Shown one piece after another: positions 31,194 to 41,976 of a stretch of DNA of 64,000 nucleotides. Location of the stretch: the NCBI GenBank assembly GCA_963666365.2, contig CAXXNF010000001.1, forward strand, positions 576,001 to 640,000. Direction: 5' to 3'. The stretch comes from Syntrophales bacterium. GTDB lineage: Bacteria; Desulfobacterota; Syntrophia; Syntrophales; UBA2210. The stretch's first letter is position 1, and every line of letters starts with the position of its first letter. The notes beneath the pieces were generated by a model. That model was not told where the DNA came from. It made no database searches and saw only the letters and a program-made list of their open reading frames with translations. A program made the position numbers and the translations under genes.

Positions 31194-32750
31194 AAATCTT
31201 TTGAAATCTATGCCGTGTTTTTTTACGCGCAGGCCGATAATCCTCTCACTGGTTTTGAGAATCTTCGCCGCTTCGGCCATGTTGCCCCGGGTTGTTTTCA
31301 GTGCGTCCATGATCAGATCCCGCTCAAGGTTGTCCAGTTCCCCCTGCAGGGTGCCGAAGGGGATTGTCCCCGAATATGATGAAGTTTGTAGAGATGGCGG
31401 AAGGTGATAGCCGTATACGACCCCCTCGTTGCTGACCACTACGGCCCGTTCTATCGTGTTTTCCAGTTCCCTCACATTGCCGGGCCAGTGATAGCTCATA
31501 AGCATGTCCAGCGCGTGGGTGCAGATTCTCTGAATCCTCTTATTGTTCGCCCTCGCGTATCGCTCGATAAAGTAGTCCGCAAGCAGAGGAATATCGGTCT
31601 TGCGCTCCCGCAGAGGAGGAACATAGATGGGAAAGACGTTCAACCGATAATAGAGATCCTCCCTGAATTTTTCCTCCCTTATCAGATCTTCAAGGTTCCG
31701 GTTTGTTGCGGCGATGACGCGGACATCCACCCTGGTCGTCGTGACGGCGCCCACACGCTCGAATTCGCGTTCCTGCAAAACCCGAAGAAGGCGTATCTGT
31801 ACCATCGGAGGCAGGTCGCCCACTTCATCGAGAAAGATGGTGCCCCCCGACGCCAGTTCGAAGCGACCCTTCCGCTCCGCAATGGCCCCGGTAAAGGCCC
31901 CCTTCTCATGGCCGAAGAGTTCGCTTTCCAGCACCGTCTCGGGAAGCGCCGCGCAATTCACCTTTACAAGGGGTTTATTCGCCCTGGTGCTGTTATAGTG
32001 AATCGCATTGGCCACCAATTCCTTCCCCGTTCCGCTTTCACCCCGAATCAACACGGTGGCATTGCTCTTCGAAACCTGACCGACCAGTCCGTAGACTTCC
32101 TCCATCCCCTTCGATTTGCCGATAATATTCGCCGGATGAAACCGCTCCTTCAATTCATTTTGAAGACGCAGATTCTCCTGAATCAGTATTTCGCGTTCCT
32201 CCTGGTTCTCCTGGCGAAGCCGCACTGCCTGTGCGACCATGGAGGCGATTAGGGAAAGAAGCCTCACATCCTCCTTGAGCGTTATTGATTCTTCAAAAAG
32301 ACGGTCCGCGCTCAGCGCACCGATGACCTCCGTTCCGATCTTGACGGGAACACAGATGAAGGATATATCCTTTTTTTTCAAACCTTTACGCGAGCCCGTT
32401 CGATCGAGGAACTGGGGTTCCTCGGATATGTGGGGCACAATAACCGGCTGACCCGTTTCAACAACCTTGCCGATCACCCCTTCTCCGATCTGGTAGCGTC
32501 CTCTCTTCTTCTGCATTTCCGAGAGACCGTGGGCGGCTTCAATCGATATTTCCCCGGTGCGCCTGTTGAGAAGGGCCAGCATTCCCCGGGTCATTCCCAT
32601 CTGTTCGGCCAGAGCGTTCAGGAGGGGCCCCACTACCTCCCGGAGATCCATACTCCTCCCGAGCGCTTTATTAACCTCCCATAGAAGCGATAGTTCCTTT
32701 ACCTCTCGATTGACTTTCGGTTCGTTTATAGTGGCTGCCTTTTTTTCCAT
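31185..32750 (-). CDS. NifA-like sigma-54 activator (GAF-AAA+-Fis HTH)
   Basis: GAF domain, GESGTGKE, GAFTGA, FLDE, WPGNVREL, C-terminal HTH. Confidence 0.93.
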   Translation of the reverse strand: MEKKAATINEPKVNREVKELSLLWEVNKALGRSMDLREVVGPLLNALAEQMGMTRGMLALLNRRTGEISIEAAHGLSEMQKKRGRYQIGEGVIGKVVETGQPVIVPHISEEPQFLDRTGSRKGLKKKDISFICVPVKIGTEVIGALSADRLFEESITLKEDVRLLSLIASMVAQAVRLRQENQEEREILIQENLRLQNELKERFHPANIIGKSKGMEEVYGLVGQVSKSNATVLIRGESGTGKELVANAIHYNSTRANKPLVKVNCAALPETVLESELFGHEKGAFTGAIAERKGRFELASGGTIFLDEVGDLPPMVQIRLLRVLQEREFERVGAVTTTRVDVRVIAATNRNLEDLIREEKFREDLYYRLNVFPIYVPPLRERKTDIPLLADYFIERYARANNKRIQRICTHALDMLMSYHWPGNVRELENTIERAVVVSNEGVVYGYHLPPSLQTSSYSGTIPFGTLQGELDNLERDLIMDALKTTRGNMAEAAKILKTSERIIGLRVKKHGIDFKRFRT

Positions 32751-32834
32751 CGCCTGTTTCCTTTGTTTACATGCAGTATCGTCGTATTATTTGATAATCG
32801 ACTTTTTGAGAAATCCGCCTTGGCAAACACTGTC

Positions 32835-32863
32835 ACACTACCACATTGTGGGAATTCTATCAA
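32835..32863 (-). promoter_or_regulatory. putative sigma-70 promoter of the activator gene, overlapped by an activator site
   Basis: TTGATA-17-TAGTGT, with ACTAC-CACATT-GTGGG at 32837-32852. Confidence 0.5.
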
Positions 32864-33031
32864 ATGGGCATCGCAGCCGGATCCATTATTTTTACAAAGG
32901 CAAAATAACACCAAATTGTAATATTCTATTATTATCAGTACTATTATGTAGCTTTTATTGGTAGCAATATTTCACACAACATACTATTATTATTATATTA
33001 TATTAAATATTTATATGTTTATTTCGGGATA

Positions 33032-33047
33032 TGGCACCTCATTTGCA
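33032..33047 (+). promoter_or_regulatory. sigma-54 promoter of amtB-glnK
   Basis: TGGCAC-CTCAT-TTGCA. Confidence 0.9.
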
Positions 33048-33095
33048 TCATACAAAAACGTAATTTAATTGCATACATTTTTTGGAGGTGTTCAC

Positions 33096-34319
33096 ATGAA
33101 TACAGGAGATACGGCATGGGTCATGGTAAGTGCTGCAATGGTTTTGATCATGACACCGGGAGTCGCCCTCTTTTACGGCGGGCTCGCACGAAGGAAAAAC
33201 ATACTTTCAATTTTAATGCAGTGTTTTGTGATTATGTGCATTGTCGGGCTTCAGTGGGTCCTCTTCGGGTACTCGCTGGCATTCGGTCCCGATATAGGCG
33301 GCATAATCGGAGGGCTTGACTGGATAGGATTACGCACTGTGGGCATGGAACCGGGTCCCTATGCAGACAACATTCCCCACCTAGCCTTCATGATCTTCCA
33401 GGCCATGTTTGCCATTATCACCCCGGCACTGATGGTCGGTGCCTTTGCAGAGCGCATGAAATTCTCGGCCTTTGCAATTATTACGCTCCTTTGGACCACT
33501 TTCGTGTACGACCCCATCGCCCACTGGGTGTGGGGAGGCGGATGGCTCAGCGGAATCGGGGCTCTCGACTTTGCAGGCGGCATCGTTGTGCATGTCAGTT
33601 CGGGCGTTTCGGCCCTCCTCCTGGCCATACTGATCGGGCGAAGAGTGGGCATGGAACAGCATGCCTTTGCCCCGCATAACCTGCCGCTGACCATTCTCGG
33701 AGGCGCACTCCTCTGGTTCGGATGGTTCGGCTTTAATGCGGGAAGCGCTCTCGGCGCCAACGGACTTGCGGCAAATGCCTTCGTCACCACCAATACTGCG
33801 ACTGCCGCAGCGGGACTGACCTGGGTGCTGCTGGAGTGGAAAATCCTTGGAAAGCCGACAACTCTCGGCGTCGTGAGCGGAGCGCTGGCAGGACTCGTCG
33901 CGATCACCCCTGCCTGCGGATTCGTGAGCCCGATGGCGGCCATACTTATAGGATTTCTCGCCGGTACACTCTGTTATCTGGCGGTTACGGTCCTGAAGCC
34001 GAAACTGGGATATGACGACGCGCTCGACGTGTTCGGCATCCATGGCGTCGGAGGGATCTGGGGAACCATTGCAACAGGGCTTTTTGCAACCGTAGCCATC
34101 AACGAAGCAGGCGCCGAAGGGCTTTTTTACGGAAACGTAAAACTCCTTCTCATACAGGGCTTTTATATGATCGCCTGCATCGCATACGCCCTGGTCGTCA
34201 CATTCATTATTTATAAAATAGTCGATGGTCTGATCTGCACAAGAGTCAAAAAGGAAGATGAACTGATCGGACTCGATCTTACACAGCACCAAGAAGGCGC
34301 CTACACGGTCATGGAATAA
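33096..34319 (+). CDS. amtB: ammonium transporter
   Basis: GDTAW, FQAMFA, DFAGG.VVH, LWFGWFGFN, DD.LDVF.IHG. Confidence 0.96.
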   Translation: MNTGDTAWVMVSAAMVLIMTPGVALFYGGLARRKNILSILMQCFVIMCIVGLQWVLFGYSLAFGPDIGGIIGGLDWIGLRTVGMEPGPYADNIPHLAFMIFQAMFAIITPALMVGAFAERMKFSAFAIITLLWTTFVYDPIAHWVWGGGWLSGIGALDFAGGIVVHVSSGVSALLLAILIGRRVGMEQHAFAPHNLPLTILGGALLWFGWFGFNAGSALGANGLAANAFVTTNTATAAAGLTWVLLEWKILGKPTTLGVVSGALAGLVAITPACGFVSPMAAILIGFLAGTLCYLAVTVLKPKLGYDDALDVFGIHGVGGIWGTIATGLFATVAINEAGAEGLFYGNVKLLLIQGFYMIACIAYALVVTFIIYKIVDGLICTRVKKEDELIGLDLTQHQEGAYTVME

Positions 34320-34330
34320 GGAGGCATATC

Positions 34331-34669
34331 ATGAAATATATTATTGCAATCATTCAACCGCACAAGCTGGAAGCTGCAAAGCAGGCCCTTGAAGATGTGG
34401 GGGTCAACCTTATTACCGTTTCGAGTGCACTGGGACGGGGTAGACAGAAAGGGATTACCGAAATATACCGGGGCGCCAGAGAAGTGGGGCTCTTGAAAAA
34501 GATCAAGATTGAAACCGCCGTCAATGAAGATTTTGTGGAACCGGCCATCCGGGCCATTGAAACATCCTGTCATACCGGACAAGTCGGTGATGGAAAGATA
34601 TTTGTGCTCGATCTCGGAGAATGTATCAGAATCGGCACGGGCGAAAGGGGGAATGTGGCGATAGGCTGA
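34331..34669 (+). CDS. glnK: P-II nitrogen regulator
   Basis: G.GRQKG..E.YRG, TG.VGDGKIFV, IRI.TGE.G; follows amtB. Confidence 0.93.
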   Translation: MKYIIAIIQPHKLEAAKQALEDVGVNLITVSSALGRGRQKGITEIYRGAREVGLLKKIKIETAVNEDFVEPAIRAIETSCHTGQVGDGKIFVLDLGECIRIGTGERGNVAIG

Positions 34670-34720
34670 AAATCCGCTACAGCGGCGAAATATAACCAGG
34701 CATATGGAACATACTCATTG

Positions 34721-34752
34721 TGCGGCAATGGCGAAAGCCCGGCATTGCCGCA
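34721..34752 (+). terminator. hairpin after glnK
   Basis: TGCGGCAATG...CATTGCCGCA. Confidence 0.6.
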
Positions 34753-34856
34753 TCTTTACACAAAGAAATTTCTACCATAATGTGGGCAATTCAAAAGTAT
34801 TTATCTCATATATTCCCGTGAAAGACAGGTGAGCACAGCAGAATATCGCGACCTTT

Positions 34857-34872
34857 TGGCAAGCTTATGGCT
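34857..34872 (+). promoter_or_regulatory. possible orphan sigma-54 promoter
   Basis: TGGCAA-GCTTA-TGGCT (GG-N10-GC), with TCTAC-CATAAT-GTGGG at 34771. Confidence 0.4.
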
Positions 34873-34915
34873 TTTCCGAAACCATACAGGAATAAAAGAG
34901 GGACACCTTCCCTAT

Positions 34916-35290
34916 TTAACTCAAATTCTGAATAATTTTCACCAGAACGGATTTTTCTACGTACTCGAGGTTGATCGGCTTGGTGATGTAATCGTCGGCA
35001 CCCAATGCAAGCGCCCTTTTGGCAAGCTCTTCATCTATGACGGCGGTGACCATGATGACCACCGTCTTTGGAGCGAGTTTTTTGATTTCTTTGAGCGCAT
35101 CGAGTCCCCCCATCCCGGGCATGATGATATCGAGAAGAACCACGTGCGGCTTTATTTCCTCGACTTTTTCAATTGCTTCCCTGCCATCCGCTGCCGTATG
35201 AACATGGTATCCCTTCGAAGACAGATACTGCTTCAGCAGACGCACGGTGTAGATTTCATCGTCAACTACAAGAATGGTTTCCATGTCCAT
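34916..35290 (-). CDS. single-domain response regulator (receiver)
   Basis: ILVVDDE, LLDIIMPGMGG, YITKP. Confidence 0.9.
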   Translation of the reverse strand: MDMETILVVDDEIYTVRLLKQYLSSKGYHVHTAADGREAIEKVEEIKPHVVLLDIIMPGMGGLDALKEIKKLAPKTVVIMVTAVIDEELAKRALALGADDYITKPINLEYVEKSVLVKIIQNLS

Positions 35291-35680
35291 GGCAGGCCTA
35301 TCCTCTTCCGAAAAAGCACTCACCCGGCGCTCCTTTCATCGGCAGTTCGACAGAAAAGCCGTTCTTTCTTATTTTGCCTATCTCTTTTTTAATAGCTGAA
35401 ATTACATAATATGGGATTGTATGTCAAATTGATTATTTTTCATTTTTTGCAGAGTGCCAGGCGGATACATTTTAGAAGATAGCTATGTTATTTCAACTTG
35501 TTCTCTCCCATCGCCTCAAAATTTATCCTGTACATAGAGATCTGACGACAGGGAGATTCATTTGACTTTATTACAAATATACAGTAGCTTTCCGGTAATT
35601 TTCACTTCATGGAGGGTAATTTCCTGACTGCAGATGTTCCACTACATTCCATGATTCCGTACCTCAAAGGGTAACCGCAC

Positions 35681-38167
35681 ATGAAAGACCAAGGAAAAAA
35701 GCAGGCAGAGCTGCTCGAAGAAAACTCCCGTTTAAGGTTTAAAATTCAAGAGCTTGCGCAAGTGATCGAAAAATCGATTCCGCGAGAAGACCTTGAAGAG
35801 CTTCAGCAACGTGAAGAACACATGCGCCTTATGTTGCGTTCAATCGGCGATGCGGTCATCGCTACCGACAGGAAGGGGCAGGTCATTCAGATGAACCCTG
35901 CTGCTGAAGCCATGACCGGATGGTCTGTCGACGAGGCGCTGGGAAAACCGCTTGCGGCGGTATTTCATATCGTCAATGCAACAACGCGCACCATAGTGGA
36001 AAACCCCGTGGACCGGGTGATTGAGACGGGTCACGTGGTGGACCTGGCCAACCATACGATGCTCATCGCAAGGGACGGCGCCGAATATCAGATCATGGAC
36101 AGCGCCGCGCCCATACGCAATGATTATGGAGAGGTGCGAGGCGTGATACTCGTCTTCTCCGATGTCACGGAGAAATACGCCATCCAGGAATCCCTCCGCA
36201 AAAGTGAAGAGAAATATCGGCTCGTAGTGGACAACGCCAATGACGTAATCTGGACCTTCGACCTGGAATCGATGTCCTTCACCTATGTTTCTCCATCGAC
36301 AACGCGAATATTCGGGTATACCCCCGAACAGGCAATGCAAAGGACGCTCGACGACGCCTGTCCGCCCGAAACCATCAAACAGCTATGGGACAACTTCGGG
36401 AAGCTACGAACCGGTCGCATTCGGGGAGACCGTCTGGTTATGGAGGTCAGCCATTATACCGTCACCGGCGACACCCGATTACTGGAACTGAGCGCCACAC
36501 CGATAAAAAACAAAGAGGGCGTCGTAGTGGGGTTCTCCGGAGTGAGCCGGGACATCACGGATCGCAAGCGGGCGGAACGGGAACGGGAGGAGGCGCTTCA
36601 GGCGCTTCGGTTAAGTGAGGAACGGTATCGATCAGCCTTTCACACAAGCCCTGACGCTCTCAGCATCGTCAGAACAGCGGACGGCCTTTATTTCGACGTA
36701 AATGAAGGATTCTCGACTCTCACCGGCTACAGCCGCGAAGAGGTTCTTGGGGAAACAACCGCTGAACTGAAAATATGGCATGATCCCGCGGACCGGGAAC
36801 GACTCTATTCCATACTTGCAGCAGAGGGATCCGTAACCAATATGGAGGCCCTGTTCCGGACAAAAGATGGGAGTATCAAAACGGGATTACTGTCGGCCGG
36901 TTTTTTGGAAATCGACGGTGAACCGCACATACAGGTTATCACACGAGACATCACGGAAGAAAAACAGCTGGAAGCCCAGCGAGAAACAGAGAGGAAAGAG
37001 CGGCTCGACCTGGAACGGCGCCTCCTGCACGCCCAGAAGTTGGAGTCCATCGGCACACTGGCCGGAGGCATCGCCCATGACTTCAACAATCTGCTTATGG
37101 GCATACAGGGCTGTGCATCCCTGATGCTGCTCGATCTAGACCCGGCGCATCCTCACTACAGGCGGCTTAAACATATTGAGGAGCAGGTGGCAAGCGGGGC
37201 CACCCTTACAGGACAGCTCCTGGGCTTTGCCCGCGGCGGGCGCTATGAGATTCGTCCCACCTCGATCAATGAAATTGTCGAAAAAACCGCCGACATGTTC
37301 GGAAGAGCGAAAAAGGAAGTATCCATCCACAAAAAGCTGTCTCTCCATTGTCGGCCCGTCGAAATTGACAGGACTCAGATGGAACAGGTCTTTATGAACC
37401 TCTATGTGAATGCCTGGCAGGCCATGCCTAAAGGGGGCGACCTGTTTTTGGAAACAGCGAATGTAGTGCTTGACGCCCGGCAGACCGCACCGTTTCAAAT
37501 AGAACCGGGTCGTTATGTAAAAATATCGGTTATGGACACAGGAATCGGAATGGATGAAAAAACCCGCGAGCGGATTTTCGACCCCTTCTTTTCCACGAAG
37601 GCCATGGGAAGAGGCGCCGGTCTGGGTCTCGCCACCGTTTACGGCATCGTCAGGGGACACAAAGGAATGATTAGTGTTTACAGTGAACCGGACAGGGGCA
37701 CATCTTTTTCAATTTATCTGCCGGCATTGGACCAGGTCGCGATCGAAAAGGAGGCAAGGGTACAGCAGCCGATTCTTTTACGAGGCGTCGAAACGATTAT
37801 GTTGGTCGACGACGAGGATGTGGTGCTGGATGTGAGCCGGGAACTTCTCGAATCGCTGGGATATCGCGTCTATACCGCGGGGGGCGGCCGGGAAGCGTTG
37901 GAGCTTTACAAAGAAAAAAAGGATGCCATAGATCTGGTGATTCTGGACATGATCATGCCGTGCATATCGGGAAGTATCGCCTTCGATCGTCTGAAGGAAA
38001 TGAATCCCGGGGTGCGGGTCCTTCTCTCCAGTGGATACAGTATAAACAGCGAAGCAAAAGAGATCCTGGACAGAGGGTGCAGCGGCTTTCTCCAAAAACC
38101 CTTTCATCTGTCGCTGCTCTCCAGAAAAATACGAGAAATTCTGGATGCGGAAGCGAATGTTATGTAA
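35681..38167 (+). CDS. multi-PAS hybrid sensor histidine kinase
   Basis: Three PAS domains, AHDFNN H-box, DTGIGM/GLGL G-boxes, C-terminal receiver. Confidence 0.93.
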   Translation: MKDQGKKQAELLEENSRLRFKIQELAQVIEKSIPREDLEELQQREEHMRLMLRSIGDAVIATDRKGQVIQMNPAAEAMTGWSVDEALGKPLAAVFHIVNATTRTIVENPVDRVIETGHVVDLANHTMLIARDGAEYQIMDSAAPIRNDYGEVRGVILVFSDVTEKYAIQESLRKSEEKYRLVVDNANDVIWTFDLESMSFTYVSPSTTRIFGYTPEQAMQRTLDDACPPETIKQLWDNFGKLRTGRIRGDRLVMEVSHYTVTGDTRLLELSATPIKNKEGVVVGFSGVSRDITDRKRAEREREEALQALRLSEERYRSAFHTSPDALSIVRTADGLYFDVNEGFSTLTGYSREEVLGETTAELKIWHDPADRERLYSILAAEGSVTNMEALFRTKDGSIKTGLLSAGFLEIDGEPHIQVITRDITEEKQLEAQRETERKERLDLERRLLHAQKLESIGTLAGGIAHDFNNLLMGIQGCASLMLLDLDPAHPHYRRLKHIEEQVASGATLTGQLLGFARGGRYEIRPTSINEIVEKTADMFGRAKKEVSIHKKLSLHCRPVEIDRTQMEQVFMNLYVNAWQAMPKGGDLFLETANVVLDARQTAPFQIEPGRYVKISVMDTGIGMDEKTRERIFDPFFSTKAMGRGAGLGLATVYGIVRGHKGMISVYSEPDRGTSFSIYLPALDQVAIEKEARVQQPILLRGVETIMLVDDEDVVLDVSRELLESLGYRVYTAGGGREALELYKEKKDAIDLVILDMIMPCISGSIAFDRLKEMNPGVRVLLSSGYSINSEAKEILDRGCSGFLQKPFHLSLLSRKIREILDAEANVM

Positions 38168-38217
38168 TCAGCGTGCCTGTAATCGGCGCGCAACTAAATA
38201 GAGGAGTAAAAGGTAGA

Positions 38218-38871
38218 ATGAATTCCGAACACAGAGAGGACCTGTCAGTATTTTTAACGCCGACCTTTACCATCGAATCGGCCCATGAAACCATCGTGGA
38301 ATGTGCACACAACGTAACGGATACGTGCAAAAGCGACGCCGAAAAAGCCGTAAAGCTTTTCTATTTTGTGCGAGACTCGATCCGCTACAATCTCTTCATG
38401 ATTTCGGTATTTGAAGAAGATTTCAAGGCATCACGGATCCTTGAATGGGGAAAGGGGTATTGCGTGCAAAAGGCCGTCCTTCTCACCGCATTGGCCCGTG
38501 CTGCCGGAATTCCCGCGAGAATGGCCTTTGCACAAATAAGAAATCATCGTGTTCCTGAACATATTGTCCAGAAAATGGGGTCGAATATATTCCCCCGCCA
38601 CGGGTATAATCAGTTTTTCCTGAATGGACGGTGGATCAGTGCCGCTGCCACCTTCGACAAGGGACTCTGCGAAAAGAACGGCCTGCCGACGGTTGAATTC
38701 GACGGCACGTCAGATGCCATTCTGCCTGAAAAAGACTTGCAGGGAAGGCCCTATATCGAATATCTCGAAAAATTTGGCGCCTACGACGACCTTCCGTTTG
38801 AATGGATCGCCAGTATTATTTCAGAGCGTGTAGGCAAAGATAAGCGTCCCTGGCTCACAAGGGAAGGATAA
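38218..38871 (+). CDS. transglutaminase-like protein
   Basis: GYCVQKA.LL.AL.RA.GIPAR...HGY...W. Confidence 0.85.
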   Translation: MNSEHREDLSVFLTPTFTIESAHETIVECAHNVTDTCKSDAEKAVKLFYFVRDSIRYNLFMISVFEEDFKASRILEWGKGYCVQKAVLLTALARAAGIPARMAFAQIRNHRVPEHIVQKMGSNIFPRHGYNQFFLNGRWISAAATFDKGLCEKNGLPTVEFDGTSDAILPEKDLQGRPYIEYLEKFGAYDDLPFEWIASIISERVGKDKRPWLTREG

Positions 38872-38882
38872 GCGGACATTTC

Positions 38883-39692
38883 ATGACAAAGGATGAACGC
38901 AATTCAGTTACTGCATGGTTTGAAGAGTATGTCGATCTGTTCCGCGGCAGAGACGGGACATTACCTCCAGCGCTCGAATTGAAGCGGGAGCACAGCCTGA
39001 GGGTTGCCCACAATGCTCGGCTCATCTCAGAGACACTGAACATGCCCGAAAGAGAGCGATATCTTGCCGAAAGCGCCGGTCTGGTGCATGACGTGGGCCG
39101 CTTTCTTCAATTTAAAAATTACGGATCATTTCGGGACGTCGATACCGTCGATCACGGCGCCGAGGGGCGAAGGGTCCTGGAAGCTCATGCTCATTCATCT
39201 ATTCTCGACCCCGAAGAGCGAACCACGCTTTATTGCGCCGTGGCATTTCACAATCGCAACCAAAAAGATATTCCTCAGGATCTTACGGAGGGGCAGCGCA
39301 GGTTGCTTCATCTCATTCGAGATGCCGACAAGCTCGACATTCTGGAGCTTGTATTAAATTCTCTCGACGCTGACGGATTCCTCGAACTTCCCCAAATGCT
39401 GCCCCATATCAGACTGGATGGAACGGCAAGTCCCGCCGTACTTGATGAAGCCCTGACAACCCGATCTGTTTCGATGGGAGCACTTTCCTCTCTTGCTGAT
39501 TTTCTCGTGATGCTTGCGACGTGGTTTTACGACCTGAATTACGGACCTTCTCGAGAACTCGCCTATCAGAGAAATATTTTCCCCCGCCTTAGACAAAAGC
39601 TGCCCGATGAAGACGGCATAAATAAGCTCTTTTCGGACATTGACGAATTCACATCCACGTCTCGTAAAGAGTGGGTACACAACACCAACTGA
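38883..39692 (+). CDS. HD-domain phosphohydrolase
   Basis: K..HS.RV, HDVGRF.Q, DHG, HN, RDADKLDI. Confidence 0.88.
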   Translation: MTKDERNSVTAWFEEYVDLFRGRDGTLPPALELKREHSLRVAHNARLISETLNMPERERYLAESAGLVHDVGRFLQFKNYGSFRDVDTVDHGAEGRRVLEAHAHSSILDPEERTTLYCAVAFHNRNQKDIPQDLTEGQRRLLHLIRDADKLDILELVLNSLDADGFLELPQMLPHIRLDGTASPAVLDEALTTRSVSMGALSSLADFLVMLATWFYDLNYGPSRELAYQRNIFPRLRQKLPDEDGINKLFSDIDEFTSTSRKEWVHNTN

Positions 39693-39705
39693 AAGGATGT
39701 AATGT

Positions 39706-40098
39706 ATGAACAGTGATACGGCAACAATGATAAAGGAACTATGGGAGCAGCATGACGGCCCCATAGTGTTCAGCACCGTTGACAGAGCAGGCGTTCCGAA
39801 CGCCATATACGCAAGCTATGCAAAGCTGCTTGATGATGGAAAAATCGTCATCGCCGACAATTATTTTGACAAAACCAGGGCCAATATCAAAAACGGCAGC
39901 AAAGGCTCGGTGTTGTTCATCACAAAGGACATGAAATCCTATCAGGCAAAGGGACGCATCGAATATCTGACCGAGGGACCGGTCTATGAGGACATGCGTG
40001 CATGGGTGGATGAGAAGCATCCCCGTGTCGCCGCAGCAGTAATGTCGATAGAGGAACTGTACGCGGGATCGGAAAAACTGCTGTCACAGAAAATGTAG
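39706..40098 (+). CDS. pyridoxamine 5'-phosphate oxidase-like FMN-binding protein
   Basis: G.PN, IADNYF.KT..N, YQ.KG. Confidence 0.82.
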   Translation: MNSDTATMIKELWEQHDGPIVFSTVDRAGVPNAIYASYAKLLDDGKIVIADNYFDKTRANIKNGSKGSVLFITKDMKSYQAKGRIEYLTEGPVYEDMRAWVDEKHPRVAAAVMSIEELYAGSEKLLSQKM

Positions 40099-40160
40099 GA
40101 ACCGGGCAAGAGGTTGCAGGTGTGGGAAATCCTGCCGCTTCGCCGCAGCAAGGCAATCCA

Positions 40161-41495
40161 ATGGCACATGAAGCATACCAGGTCGTAATCATCGGATCGG
40201 GTCCGGCGGGGCTTTTTGCAGCATTACGGCTTGAGCGGCTTGGGATAAAACGAATCGCCGTAATCGACCGGCATCCCTATCCCGCCGGTGGTCTTCTCAA
40301 TGACGGGAAGCTGAATTTCGATCATCGCATCGGCATAGATCCGGCAGAACTCGCCCTCAATCTTACACACACCCTTGATCTTATTGGGGAAGTTAAAGCT
40401 GTCTTTACCGGTTTTCCTCAATGCCGTCAGGTGACGGTCGTCGACAACAATGCAAGAATCAAGTCCCTGAAAAATATTGCGCAGGAGAACGGTGTCGAAT
40501 TCATTGCGCCGGAACAGTGGCACTGGGGTACCGATCAGGGAAAAGCGGTAGTAGATTACCTGAGGAATCTGCTCAAATCGACATCACTTATTCTGGGAAC
40601 GGAAGTGACAGCTATTGAACATGATGGCGGCACCAGTTTCCGCATCAGGGGAGCAACGAAGGGACGCACCCCTGTTTCCTACACGGCGGAGGCGGTTCTC
40701 GCCGCCCCGGGACGAAGCGGCGCCTATTGGTTCCGCGATGTGGCGGACAGTCTCGGAATCCATCATACATTCGGTCCCATCGATGTGGGCATACGTTTTG
40801 AGTTGCAGAAAATATTCTATGACGCCGTTACCGATGTCGTCTACGACCCGAAATTTATCTTTCATACCGCCCGTCACAACGACAGGGTGCGCACGTTCTG
40901 CACAAACCCGGGCGGAAGGGTCCGGGTGGAGCATTATCTTAATTTCAAACTGATAAACGGGGATGCCCTTTCAAACCGGAAAACGGCAAATACGAATTTC
41001 GCCCTCATCAATACGGTCGCCCTCACAAAACCCTTTTCCGACACCACCGAATACGGACGCATGATTGCCCAACAGTTCCATCTTCTGGGGGGCGGCGCAC
41101 CGATTGTGCAGCGGGTGGGAGATTTCAGAGAGGGAAGGAGAAGCGCTTCAGCAACATTTAACAGCCGAACCCGCCATTTCGAATCGCTCACGCCCTCGTA
41201 CCGCGCCGTTCCCGGAGACATCACGCTCGGCATGCCGGCCCGGATAATCGACAACCTCTGGGAATCACTAAAAACACTTGACAAGATAGTGCCGGGCATC
41301 CTCCACCCCTCCAGCCTCATGTACGCGCCGGAAATCAAATTTTTCGATACCCGCTTTCCCACCGGCACGCATCTGGAGACGAATGTGGAAGGCATGTTCG
41401 TGGCCGGCGACGGCACGGGAAAAAGCCGCGGCATAGTGGGAGCGGCCATATCAGGAATCATCGCGGCACAGGGCATCGCGAAAAGATGCGGTTGA
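40161..41495 (+). CDS. FAD-dependent oxidoreductase
   Basis: GSGPAG, APGRSG, RTFCTNPGG, Y.PEIKF, AGDG.G.SRGI. Confidence 0.88.
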   Translation: MAHEAYQVVIIGSGPAGLFAALRLERLGIKRIAVIDRHPYPAGGLLNDGKLNFDHRIGIDPAELALNLTHTLDLIGEVKAVFTGFPQCRQVTVVDNNARIKSLKNIAQENGVEFIAPEQWHWGTDQGKAVVDYLRNLLKSTSLILGTEVTAIEHDGGTSFRIRGATKGRTPVSYTAEAVLAAPGRSGAYWFRDVADSLGIHHTFGPIDVGIRFELQKIFYDAVTDVVYDPKFIFHTARHNDRVRTFCTNPGGRVRVEHYLNFKLINGDALSNRKTANTNFALINTVALTKPFSDTTEYGRMIAQQFHLLGGGAPIVQRVGDFREGRRSASATFNSRTRHFESLTPSYRAVPGDITLGMPARIIDNLWESLKTLDKIVPGILHPSSLMYAPEIKFFDTRFPTGTHLETNVEGMFVAGDGTGKSRGIVGAAISGIIAAQGIAKRCG

Positions 41496-41524
41496 CGCGT
41501 ACTGGAATGAAGAAGAACGGATTT

Positions 41525-41600
41525 TCGCGCAGGGGCGCTGGGAACAAGTGGAAACAAAAAAATGTTTTTCCTCTGCGCCTTGGCGTCTTGCGGGAGAAAA
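41525..41600. repeat. REP-like palindromic element
   Basis: CGCGCAGGGGCGCTG ... CTCTGCGCCTTGGCGTCTTGCGGGAGA. Confidence 0.45.
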
Positions 41601-41976
41601 TAAATACGGTGCTTAGAAGTCCAAACAACAAACTGTATGAAACGACTTCGTAAAAACTCCAGAGGCAAGGCGGGCGAATCAGCAGTGTTTCGGGCGCCTG
41701 CCGTCGATACCCAACTGCCGGATTTCCCCCCATACAAGACCGATACTTTGTCCCTATTGACTCATTACCGATTTTTTTATATGGCGACCATCGGTGGGGT
41801 TGAACTGAATTTTACACCTTAAGATTCGCTCAAACCAACGTCTTCGCCATCCCTCTCGAAGGAAGTCGCAGGGAGAGAAAACGGGCAATGGATGGTGTGC
41901 GACGCCGTTTCCCCGCCAGGGATACGTTCTTTATAATATCGGGCTTGTGCATATAACCAATAAGGGAGGTTACAGC

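Noticed and set aside
31185..32750. Calling the activator nifA (nitrogen fixation)
   Set aside because: No nif genes in the window, and the shared upstream motif is not the TGT-N10-ACA NifA box; only the domain architecture matches.
34829..35392. 187-aa plus-strand ORF as target of the orphan sigma-54 promoter
   Set aside because: It starts upstream of that promoter and is the shadow of the response regulator.
41640..41800. IS/MITE remnant (GACTTCGTAAAAACTCC...)
   Set aside because: Reminiscent of a repeat end, but no convincing partner inverted repeat or transposase fragment in the window.
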